From: Squalus acanthias
Taxonomy: Eukaryota
Direction of reading: 5' to 3'
NCBI GenBank assembly: GCA_030390025.1
Contig: CM059433.1
Span: 19,904,001 to 19,968,000, forward strand
Length of the DNA: 64,000 bases
The notes beneath the pieces were generated by a model. It had not been told where the DNA came from. It saw only the letters and a list, made by a program, of their open reading frames with translations, and did not search any database. The position numbers were made by a program, and so were the translations under genes. Positions 11,926 to 22,970 of this stretch are shown here, one piece after another. How positions within the stretch are numbered: the stretch's first letter is position 1; the number at the start of each line of letters is the position of its first letter.

Positions 11926-13085
11926 GTAAAATTGGTGTTGCAAATTGGCCACACCATATAGATACCGCCTGGTTTTCATTTCCATTGATTTCATTGATAA
12001 ATGGCAGTTTTACACCTGGATGGCAGGTTGAGAATCCACCCGAATGTCCTTTTAAAATGAATGCAGTCGGGGGGCGGGGGGCGGGGGGCAGCTCAAAACA
12101 TTACTCGGAGTGAAAATTTAGCCTCAACAACATCTGCAACTTGAATTCTTACAACACTCCTCACTTGTGGAGAAATGTTGCAGAGTGCTTGAAAAGACAG
12201 TGGACAAATAATAGATGCTGAGCAGGTAGGGAAAAGGAAAAAGAGGTGAGAGGCTGCAAAACCACAAAAAACAGAGATGGGAAGGAAGTGCCAAGTTGCA
12301 GGTGGTGGAGGAAGAGATTTCTGGAGGGCAGGGCATGGTGGCTGAAGGAGCAGCTGCTGAAGGTAGAGGCCAACAAGTGGAGAACCAGCAGCAGGCCATC
12401 ATCGGAGGGCAGAGGAGACATGGAGGGACATGTCACTGGAGGGGATTGCTGAGGTAGATTGGGAAGAACTTGGAGGTGAGGATGAGAAACAATGCAGAAT
12501 ATAACAAGCCATTTGGATGCAAAATCATGCTAATGTATAAATTGTGATTATTTTGTTGTTGTTGGGAATGGCCTGTCAGCATATTGATATGTTTCAGTTT
12601 TACAAATTAGATGCATGCTATTGAATGATGCTGAATGACCATTGCTTGCTGCTGGATCAATTTACATAGGAAAGTCATTAATGGTTGCTTACAGAACAAC
12701 AGTGACGGCACTTCAAAAGTAATCCAAAGGCTGTGAGGTGTTTTCAGACGTCCTGAGGATATGAAAAGTGCTATATAAATGCAAATTCATTTTCTTCCTC
12801 TGTTTGTATCCCTTCTGTATTTTTGTTTTATAATTTTTGTCCCCAGAAGCAAGTGTTTATTGCCATTATTAAATTGATACATGATCTGTATGTATCTTCA
12901 ACTTGTTCTGCTATCCAGTATTTATGGCAGTCTCCAAAACCCAAACTTCCTTTCTGTTGTTATAGGTAAATGTAGCGTTGCCTTCTATATAATCCCCACC
13001 TTGTCCATGTTTCTCCAGCAGGCCAACTAAGGTGTCAAAAATCTGGTTATCTGTTTCTGTTCTTTCAACACAAGCCTAAAACCAT

Positions 13086-13985
13086 GGGGGGAAAATTCAG
13101 TTGCTTTGTGTCTCCCGTTAGCGCCTGGGCACGGCGCCACTAATGCCTCCCGCGAAATTCAGCGGGAGGTTAGCAGCGCCGGTAGCGCCCCGTGGCGCTG
13201 CGCCTCTGGCAATGGCAGCCCGGGACTCCTCTTGAGTGCCAGGCTCTTTTGCTGGCACCCCGCTCCCCGGTGGTCCAGCAGGGCCTCGGTGCGCGCTGTG
13301 CTAGGCCCCTCCTCTTTAATCAGGAGAGGGAGGTCTGCAGTACGTGCATGGCACTGCTGCACGTAGCGCCGCCATAAGAACATAAGAACATTAGAAATAG
13401 GAGCAGGAGTCGGCCATTCGGCCCTTCGAGCCTGCTCCGCCATTCAATGAGATCATGGCTGATCTTCTGCCTCAACTCATCGCCATATCCCTTGATGCCC
13501 TTACTAGTCAGAAATCTATCGACTTCTGTTTTGAATATACCCAATGACTGAGCCTCCACAGCCCTCTGGGGTAGAGAATTCCAAAGATTCACCACCCTCT
13601 GTGTGAAGAAATGTCTTCTCATCTCAGTCCTGAATGGCCTACCCTTTATCCTGAGGCTGTGGCCCCTGGTTCTAGACTCCCCAGCCAAGGGAAACATTCT
13701 CCCAGCATCCACCCTATCAAGCCCTGTAATAATTTTGTATGCTTCAATGAGATCTCCTCTCATTCTTCTGAATTCAAGAGAATACAGACCTAGTTTACTC
13801 GATGGGCAATATTAAATGGGAGCGCCCCAAGAGGGAGGGGGAGCACTTCCAGTAGCGCCCCGCCTCCTGTTTGGGGCGCTACCATTCAATTTCAGGCGCG
13901 GGGGCGCTAACTTTTTCAGGGCACTAAAAGTAGCACCCCATCAAAGTTATTGCCCCAAAGGGGGCATGAGCCAATTTTTCCCCAC
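13086..13985. mobile_element. GC-rich Harbinger-type MITE with nested CR1
   Basis: TIRs ggggggaaaatt / aatttttccccac; TSD CAT; repeated agcgcc/ggcgct motifs. Confidence 0.8.
13375..13800 (-). mobile_element. 5'-truncated CR1 (RT C-terminus and tail)
   Basis: ORF 13320-13763 MRGDLIEAYKI...FFTQRVVNLWNSLP; (ataagaac)n tail. Confidence 0.92.
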
Positions 13986-14009
13986 CATGTGTATAACTTA
14001 AAAGTGTAT

Positions 14010-15070
14010 GTAATATGGTCTCCATATTATAAGAAGGATATAGAGGGCACTGTAGAATGTGCAAAAAGAATTCACAAGGATGATACCAGAACTGAGAGGA
14101 GATACTTATCACCAAAGGCTGAACAGGCTGGGGCTCTTTTATGTCGAAATGACAAGGCTGAGGGGTGACGTGATAGAGGTCTTTAAGATTATAAAAGGGT
14201 TCGATAGGGTAAATGTAGAGAAAATATTTCCACTTGTGGGGGAGTCCAAAACTAAAGGTCATAAATATAAGATCGTCACCAATAAATCAAATAAGGAATT
14301 CAGCAGAAAATTCTTTACACAAAGAGTCGTTAGAATGTGGAACTTGCTACAACAACAACTTACATTTATAGAGTACATTTAAAGTAGCAAAATGTCCCAA
14401 GGCGCTTAACAAGAGCGATAGCAATAAAAGCATTTTTCACACCGAACCACAGAAGAAGATATCAAGACAAATGACCAAAAGCTTGGTCCAAGAGGTCAGT
14501 TTTAAGGAGTATCTTAAAGGAGGAGAGAGATGTAGAGAGATAGAGAGATTTATGGAGGGAATTCCAGAGCTCGGGGCCAAGGTAGCTGAAAGCACGACCG
14601 CCAATAGCGGAGCGATTAAAATCAGGGATGTGCAAGAGGCAAGAATAAGAGGAGCGCAGAGATCTCAAAGACTTGTAGGACTGGAGGAGGTTACAGAAAC
14701 AGGGAGGGTGAGGCCGTGGAGGGATTTGAAAACAAGGATGAAGATTTTAAAATTGAGGCGTTGTCAGAATGGGAGCCAGTGAAGGTAAGCGAGCACAGGG
14801 GTGATGTATGAACGAGACTTGGAGTGAGTTAAGATATGGGCAGCAGTATACAGGTATACGGTATACAAGGAGTAGTTGAAGCAAATAGCATAGATGCATT
14901 TAAGGGGTAGCTAGCTAAGCTCATGAGGGAGAAAGTAATAGAAGGATATTCTGATAGGCTTAGACGAAGAGGGATGGGAGGAGGCTTGTGGGGTGCACAA
15001 ACACCGGCATAGACCAGTTGGGCTGAATGGCCTGTTTCTGTGCTGTAGACTCGATGTAACTGTGTAACTC
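14010..15070 (+). mobile_element. CR1 3' fragment interrupted by L2
   Basis: ORF 14059-14382 RLRGDVIEVFKIIKG...FFTQRVVRMWN; resumes at about 14863 and ends in a (gtaact) tail. Confidence 0.85.
14350..14850 (-). mobile_element. L2 LINE 3' fragment
   Basis: RSLRSS...GGRAFSYLGPELWNSL...SFKILLKT is the L2 ORF2 C-terminus. Confidence 0.85.
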
Positions 15071-15345
15071 TGTGTATATTTCCAATCATAATAATTGAGC
15101 TTTGGGTTCTGCACATTCTTTTAGTCTTGGCTGTATTTAAAATCACATCAGTAGATTTAACTTTCTTGAGCTCTGGGTGACTGTTCCATCAGCCAGCATG
15201 ACTCCCTAGAGCACAGGAATTTTGAATATACTGATTTTAACTCTCTTGCATTGCTGCTGAATAAAACCCACCACAATGTGCAATCCTGCTCCCCAAATGT
15301 TTTGTGCAAGCTGCCACCCAAAGCTGTAGGAGGTGCCCTCTCTTT

Positions 15346-15547
15346 TAAGAACATAAGAAACAGGAGCAGGAGTAGGCCATACGGCCCCTCGAGCCTGCTC
15401 CGCCATTCAATAAGATCATGGCTGATCTTTTACCTCAACTCCGCTTTCCCTTGATTCCCCTAGAGTCCAAAAATCTATCTATCTCAGCCTTGAATATACT
15501 CAAAGACTCAGCATTCACAGCCCTCTGGGGCGGAGAATTCCAAAGAG
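15346..15547 (-). mobile_element. CR1 3'-end fragment
   Basis: Near-identical to the 62005-62215 tail. Confidence 0.85.
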
Positions 15548-16084
15548 GCTGAGGCCAATTGTTAGGGCAAAGTAGAGAGCATTACTCTTTCAGAACTTGT
15601 CTTGGGTGTGCTTAATGTTATCACTGAGTGCCTGAAGTGGGAAAGTGTTCCATTCTCCAGTGATAACATCCTTCACCTTGACGAGAATTCATCATGAAAA
15701 GGAAAAAGAATAATGCAAAAGTAAACCAAAGGACAAACGAATGCCCCACTAATGTTTTCATACAATTACATGGGTTGTATGCTCTAAATATCAATGTGCA
15801 GGGCAGGAGCGGGAGTGTTACTCATACTTTGGAACATGCACATGTATGTGAGAGAAATATTATACTGTGCGTGTGCACACAGAAACATGTCCAATAATGG
15901 GACAAAAATGTTAGCTGTGCTTTTATAAGATTTTGATCTTGTCAAACTCAAAGTTTTTTTAAAAAGATCATGACATCTGATTTTAGCACCAAAGTAAAAT
16001 GAGTATTGAACTTTACAGTGCAGTAAAATGGCTCCTGTAATGCTGTAATACTGTGCTCAGAGACACAAGTATAATGTTATTCGA

Positions 16085-16487
16085 AATAACAACAGAAAAC
16101 GCTGGAAAAACTCAGCAGGCCAGGCAGCATCCGTGGAGAGAGAAAGAGAGTTGACGTTTCAGGTCGATGACCTTTCATCAGAACTGGGAAGAGCTGGAAA
16201 TCAAATAGATTTAAGGCCAGGGTAAAGCTGGGAAAAGGGGGAGGGGATAAAGGAACAAAGGAGGAGATGAAGAGACATTAAGAGACATTAAGAGATATGC
16301 AAGGCTAGAGGTGGTGTTAATGTGACAGATTAAGGCTGAATGAAGTGTGAAATCTACTGGCAGAATGAAGGACAGCTGCCAGCTTCTAGGAGGAAAAAAA
16401 AGGGTGGGGGGGACAAATAAAAGGGTGGATAAAATAAAATATAAATGTGATTGGAGCTGAGGTTATGATCTAAAATTGTTGAACGTT
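16085..16487 (-). mobile_element. Penelope-like element 3' fragment (family 2)
   Basis: Minus strand reads ORF end ...FNNFRS*, then a pyrimidine-rich UTR, a hammerhead and the tail gatgctgcctggcctgctgagtttttccagc. Confidence 0.75.
16149..16185 (-). ncRNA. Minimal type I hammerhead ribozyme
   Basis: AGTT-CTGATGA-A-AGGTC(ATC)GACCT-GAAA-CG-TC^AACT: canonical core, GUC triplet, ACGT palindrome, stem I AGTT/AACT. Confidence 0.85.
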
Positions 16488-18286
16488 ATTCATTTGGTCA
16501 AAAAGCATAATTAAAAATGGATCAGCATTAAAGGCATGAGTATTGCATTTATGTCTGGTATATTTAAATTGATTTGCTTAATGTAATGGATATTAGTAAT
16601 GTGAATTTCAATCAAAATAATTGGTATTGACTGTGTGTTACTGCTGAGTGGGCATGCCTGCACTCACTGAGTTCAGAAGCTGAGATTCCTTTTCGCATTG
16701 AGAAGGATTATTGATGAATAAAGCAGTGCTTGTTCGAGATCTTTCATCTTTTTTTTACATCATTTACAGATAATAAAATATTGTAGGAATATAAAATCGT
16801 TACAGCGCCCACAAATTGTTTTCAAGACACATTATATTACTTGACACTCAAAACGAATTTGATAAATCTTTTCATTCGAATTAAGTTACTGCTTTCATCC
16901 TTCAGCTGCCGAACGGAGGTCAATCATGTAATTAAAATGTGAAAGAATGGGTTGTTGGGCGCGCACGCATGGAATGTGTGGGAGGTAATACTGGATAGGC
17001 CACCTGTTGTGTTCAGTCAATATAACCGTGACCTAGTTGACAAATGATGGGAGTGTTTAACTGCAATCACAAAGGTCAGTCAGATCAGAAATTACAAATC
17101 ACTTTTAAGCTTGGGTAATAAATAATCCTCTTGTGAATTGTCATTCCTGCCAAATACCAGAACACATTAAATAGAAAAGTAATTAAACAAACCCAGATTT
17201 TCAGTTTAAATCAATATAAGAATTGATAAGACGTAAAAAAATATAACTGTGTGGTTCATCCTTTCAAAACATTGTGCAATGTTTGGATTGTTCAAGGAGG
17301 AGCTCCCCTGCTTCAAAGGATGTGTTGTGTATAATTCAGGCCAAAAGGTGCTTTTTACTGACCCCAAAATTAGCCTGCAGGGCTTCAGGTTGGCCCCTTT
17401 GACGCTTTCAGATCATGAAAGATAAATAATTATTAAGTGTTGCCAAGGTTAAAGCAGGGAAACATACACAACAGTAAATCCCTGTCCAATGTACTGTCAG
17501 AGAATGTGCCCTCCCCCTGACCTCTGCTCCCGACCCCTGGCTTCACTTATCTTAGGGCCGCTGCGAAGGGAACAGCGGTCCCATCTAGGTTTATTCTTCG
17601 CCAGCTGGCTGTTCATGCAGGTATGTACCCTATCACGCACCACCCCCCTACCCACCCCCCCAACCGTGTGCCCAAAAATGGGCGTGCCTGAATTTCTACC
17701 CCGGAGAGTCAAACAGTGTGGTGGGTGGAGTAGGAATGCCCGGCTGCAGCTCCCCCATACTGGCTCAGCTGCAGGTTAATTTTTCTCCATTTATTACGCG
17801 CTTTTTTAAACAAAAGCCACATTAACGCAGGACCATGCAGTGCCATGAAAGTGGGTTCTCATGTGAGTTCCTGCCCGACACAGTTTCAGAATGGAACAAG
17901 ATGCTCCTTCAGAGGCAAGGAGTGAAAATCGCGAGCCAACTTATGTCATGACTGTGCATCGCCTAACAATCATCAGGCGTGATAATGGCAGTGACCTGAG
18001 ATTAAGTCCATTGAGTCTCCGGGGGCCCAACATTCTTGTGTGCACGAACCTTAATGAGGAAAAATAGATGAGTAAAGAAAGATGGCATGTTGGATGAATC
18101 GTCTTTTGGCGTTTTCCTCCCATGTTTAGCACTGCTCTCAGCATTCTTACTCCTCACAAAAAAGGGACCATGTTAAAAGTTTCCAATGATGAACTTATGC
18201 AGCAATCAGCAGCTACAGAGGCACACTAAAAAGTGAGTGTTTTACTCCACATTAGAGCTGATGTTACTGAGCTTGACCAAGATAAA

Positions 18287-19110
18287 GGGCTGGATTTTGC
18301 CAATGGGGAACTTTTGGAGGCGGGACTCCCACTTGTCGGGTTTTAGTCCCGCCTCCATCGACTTCTGGCCAACCCACGCTATTTTCCCTTGATTGACCTT
18401 GTTAAGCCCGCCCAGCGGGCTTAGTAGGCCAATTAAGGGGAAGCCGGTGACAGAGAACGTCAGCGTATGACGTTTCATCTGTCAAAAATTTTTGACAGAT
18501 GAATTCTCATCGTTTGACAGCTCCGTGAAGCTGTCAAACACTGACATTCTCTGTTGTTTGATGAGTCCTTGTATCCAAGACTCATCAAACCTATCTGCTG
18601 AGCAGAAATCAGATGGCTGTTGCATCGGAGAATGCAGCAGCCATCTGTCATCTCTCCCATTGAGATGCCGGTTCCCCAACTGTTGAAGAAACAAAGGTAA
18701 GTAAACATTTTCTATCACTTTACACTTACCTCACACACTCACCTCTCCACACTTGCACCCATCACTCACCTCCACAGCGCACTTTTGGACCCCTCTCACC
18801 CCCACAGACCCACCGCTCGCCTCGCTGACCCTGGCGGGCTTTCCCGACGTCAGGAAGCCCGCTCTTGCAGGGATAAAATTGGGATAATCCTCTTAACTGC
18901 CTGTTAACTATCTGTTAACAGGCAGTTAAGTGGCTGTAATCCCCTTCCCGCCTCCAGGAGACGGGACCTGGCGCGGGTCGGTTACCCGCCTCCTGGGAAG
19001 ATGGCACGGAGGCGGGTTGGGTGCGGGATGGGCACCCGCCCCCAGATTCTGCCATTTTCCCAGCAGTCCCGCCTCCAAACCCGCCTCCCCAGCCTGGCAA
19101 AATTCCCCCC
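18287..19110. mobile_element. Harbinger-derived hairpin-rich MITE (family A, about 0.82 kb)
   Basis: TIRs gggctggattttgcca / tggcaaaattcccccc; TSD AAA; homologous (inverted) to 49906-50730 and 58888-59710. Confidence 0.9.
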
Positions 19111-19149
19111 AAAGATTTTCGAATATCAGCACAGGAGTGAGAGAAATTA

Positions 19150-19720
19150 ACATACAGACGAACAGGAGGATGGGTGCAGTGGGCATTGGGAGATTATTTT
19201 TCAGACAAGAAAGAGCTTCCGTTTATGCTGGACCTTGTCACTTCCTCACAATGTGTCCCAAAGCAATCCAAACGGTATTTTTCACCGGAGGAAGAGGAAA
19301 CTGAGGAGAGAGAAGGCGAAGGCTTAGGAGGCGCAGTACTCACAGCAGCTACCGCCCCAGGCAGCGGGTGTGTGGGACTGAGCAGCAGTGCTTAAGGGTG
19401 CTCAGATTCAGCACAGAACTTGTGACTGAGGTCAGCGAAGAAGACCTGCACGGGGCAGTAACCATCTGCAATGCACGACTGGTTGCAGCAGAGGTCAACA
19501 CTGCCCTCCACATTTGTGCTGCAGGGATCTTCCAGACAACTCTGAATTCTGTCGCTTTGTCTTATACTATTGTACTAAGCAGGTACCTAAAGCAATGTGC
19601 TGCCATGCATGCTGTGACATACAATTTAATGAGATCTAACAGAAGAGCAGTCGCAGCAGGCCAGGAATTGGGTGGACAGAGGTTTCATTGGCCGGCTCTT
19701 CAAGTGAGCCCTGTAATTGG
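19150..19720 (+). pseudogene. Degraded Harbinger (HARBI1-like) transposase, N-terminal part
   Basis: EQQCLRVLRFSTELVTEV...VAAEVNTALHICAAGIFQ matches the HARBI1 pattern EeQC.rRLRF.ke.vtei...V.vkVt.AL.fyAsGsFQ, preceded by an Arg-rich stretch. Confidence 0.75.
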
Positions 19721-19864
19721 GCACTATTGTTTCTTTGTGATGGGATTGGTAGCTACCGTGCTAGTTGAATTTTTGCTGTGTACTGCATGTTGTTTGCTTG
19801 GCTTTTGGACAAGCGACGTTTTATTTTCTGCACAGTGAAGAATGACAGGCAGCAAGATATTGAT

Positions 19865-20110
19865 TCATCGAATGGTACAGCACAGAAGGAGGCCATTCAG
19901 CCCATTGTGCCTTTGCCGGCTCTTTGAAAGAGCAAGCCAATTAATTCCAATCTCCTGCTCTTTCCCCGTAGCCTGGCAAATTTCTCGTTTTCAAGTATTT
20001 ATCCAATTCCCTTTTGAAAGTTACCATTGAATCGGCTTCCACCGCCCTTTCAAGTAGTCCATTCCAGATCATAACAACGCGCCGTATTAAAAAAAAAAAA
20101 TTCTCCTAAT
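19865..20110 (-). mobile_element. CR1 3'-end fragment
   Basis: cacagaaggaggccattcagccc tail, similar to 40450-40685. Confidence 0.75.
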
Positions 20111-21114
20111 TCCCCCCCGCCCCGCCCCACACCTCCGCTTGGTTCAGTAACAGTGAAATCATTTTATTGAGTTGCACAGTGCTCAGGTGTAAATTTGCTG
20201 CTGCATTCTCCCTTGGTGTACAGTGAACTTTTCTTTGTTGGTTGCAAAGTGCTCCTCCAGTTGAGGGAGCAGCACTCCTTCGCTGGATTATTGAGCTTTT
20301 TAATGTTTATAAATGGCTAAATGGCTCATTAGCTGCTTACAAGATAATTTTTGCAGGTGCATTGTGATTGGCTACTCCCCTCCTGCTATTGTTACAAAAT
20401 CGCATTTAGTAATTTAAATAAGGTTTTCTGGACTATTTGACAGGTTTCGAAATTCATACTTCATTTACTTGGGTAATGAGAGGAGTGATGCCAATGGCAC
20501 TCCCTTGTCACATTTGAGTAATTAACGTTTGATATAACATAATAACATGGTGACATGTTTGTAATGGTGTCTGAAGGGCACAGAGGTGCTGACGAGAGCA
20601 CAATTGCTCAAAGAGTGAAGCATTTGCGTAGGGCAATCACTAAACAATGAGTGAGCAATCAATTTTATTCAAAAATGGTGAAATCTGGAATGGGAAAATT
20701 GTAATAAAATACATAGGACAGTTCATCCAGTTTTAGTTCATGCCCGTAACTGTCTGCTAAGGGCTTAATGAGAGCGATAGGGTATTCAATCTTTAAGTTC
20801 ACAACTTGTCTGTAAGGGAACCTGAAGTCTCTGCTTGGCACCTCTTTCTTAACAGACTGGCTGACATCTGGAACTGCTGTGGCATCAGGTATTTGTTGCT
20901 GTGAGACTGCAACTTGCCAATCTGTTCTACTGCTCCCATTGCACCAAGCAAAGGAGTTTAAATTAATTTCTGTTGAAATGAAGCTCCAACTTTTGTTTCA
21001 TCAAATTTCTATGCCTTTGTTTTCAAATTGAAATAAAACCTCAGTAATCTAGATGGCCACTCTTTAAAGGGCACTGTTGACATCACCAGGAATGGAGAAC
21101 AATTGAAGAAACTC

Positions 21115-21541
21115 TTCTTCTCTTCGTCTTAGGCAGTCCCTCGGAACCGAGGATGACTTGCTTCCGCACCAAAAATGAGTTCTCAGGTGGCTGATGAGTC
21201 CAATGCGGGACCTACAGTCTCTGTCACAGGTGGGGCAGACGGTGGTTGAAGGGGCGGGTGGGTGGGGTGCTTGGGTTGACCTGCGCTCCTTCCGCTGTTT
21301 GCGCTTGGCTTCCGCTTGCTCCCGGCGAAGAGACTCGAGGTGTTCGGCGCTATCCCGGATGCTTCTCCTCCACTTTGTACGGTGTTGGGCCAGGGATTCC
21401 CAGGTGTCGGTGGGGATGTTGCACTTTTTCAAGGAGGCTTTGAGGGTGTCCTTGAAGCATTTCCTCTGCCCACCTGGGGCTCTCTTGCCGTGTCGGAGCT
21501 CCGAGTAGAGCGCTTGTTTTGGGAGTCTCGTATCGGGCATA
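21115..21541 (-). mobile_element. 5'-truncated RTE-clade LINE (ORF C-terminus and GAA tail)
   Basis: MPDTRLPKQALYSEL..GKR..GGQRK.FKDTLK...CPTCDRDCRSRIGLISHLRTH is the typical RTE C-terminus with a C2H2-like motif. Confidence 0.9.
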
Positions 21542-21589
21542 CGATGAAGAAACTACGAATTGAGAGGTAGTATAAAACTAAAACTATGA

Positions 21590-22180
21590 ATGGAAAGAAC
21601 AGTAGAGATCCCATGGACTGGGAAAGATAGAAAGAACAGCAAAGGGTTACAAAGAAAGTGGTAAGAGCTGCAAAAGGGAATATGAGAAAAAGCTTACAAG
21701 GGATATCAAGGGCAACACTAAAGGTTTCTACAAATGTATTAAGAGAAAGAGGGTGGCTAAGAGTAATGTGGCCCCCTTAAAGACAGACGCAGGTGATATT
21801 GTAATTGGAAATCAGGAAATGGAAGATCACTAAACAGCAACTTTGTATCGGTCTTCACTGTAGAGGATGAGGATCAAGTACCAGAGATACGAGGAAAACT
21901 AAAACTAAATCAAGGGGAGGAACTAACTAGATTCAATATAAGTAAAAAAGATGGTGCTGGAGAAGCTAATGAGATTAAAGGTCGACAAATATCCAGGACC
22001 CGATGATTTTCATCTCGGTCGATTAAAAGAAATAGGTGAGGGAACTGCTGATGCGTTAGTCATGATCTTCCAAAGCTCTCTCGAATCAGGATTTGTCCCT
22101 TTGGATTGGAAAACTGCCTATGTCACTCCATTAATTAAGATGGGTAGGAGAGATAAACTAGAAAATTATAAGCTTGTTAG
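21590..22180 (+). mobile_element. CR1 ORF2 internal fragment (EN-RT linker)
   Basis: LKVDKYPGPD...DWKTAYVTPLIK..RDKLENYKLVSL. Confidence 0.8.
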
Positions 22181-22189
22181 TCTTTCTTG

Positions 22190-22970
22190 TAATTTATTCA
22201 TTCACGGGATGTGGGCGTCGCAGGCAAGGCCAGCATTTATTGCCCATCCCTAATTGCCCTTGAGAAGGTGGTGGTGAGCCGCCTTCTTGAACCGCTGCAG
22301 TCCTTGTGGTGATGGTACTCCCATAGTGCTGTGAGGTATCGAGTTCCAGGATTTTGCCCCAGCGACAATGAAGGAACGCCAATATATTTCCAAGAGAGGA
22401 TGGTGTGTGACTTGGAGGGGAACTTGGAGGTGATGGTGTTCCCATGTGCCTGCTGCCCTTGGCATTCTAGGTGGTAGAAGTCGTGAGTTTAGGAGGTGTT
22501 GTCAAAGAAGCCTTGACGAGTTGCTGCAGTGCATCTTGTAGATGGTACATTCTGCAGCCACAGTGCGCTGGTGGTGGAGGGAGTGAATATTCAAGGTGGT
22601 GGATAGGGTGCGAAGCAGGCTGCTTTTTCCTGGATGGTGTCGAGCTTCTTGAGTGTTATTGGAGCTGAACTCATCCAGGCAAGTGGAGAGTATTCCATAA
22701 CACTCCTGACTTGTGCCTTGCAGATGGTGGAAAGGCTTTCGGGAGTCAGGAGGTGAGTCACTTGCTGCAGAATACCCAGCCTCTGACCTGATCTTGTAGC
22801 CACAGTATTTATGTGGTTGGTCCAGTTAAGTTACTGGTCTATGGTGACCCCCAGGATATTGTTGGTGGGGGATTCAGCGATGGTAATGCCATTTAATGTC
22901 AAAAGGCAGTGGTTAGATGCTCGCTTGTTGGAGATTGTGTGGCGTGAATGTTACTTGCCACTTATCAGCT
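22190..22970 (-). mobile_element. Non-LTR retrotransposon (CR1/L2 superfamily, exact clade uncertain), 3' segment
   Basis: AQVRSVMEYSPLAWMS...KKLDTIQ and tail gggcaattagggatgggcaataaatgctggcc, the same family as 30675-31650. Confidence 0.85.
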
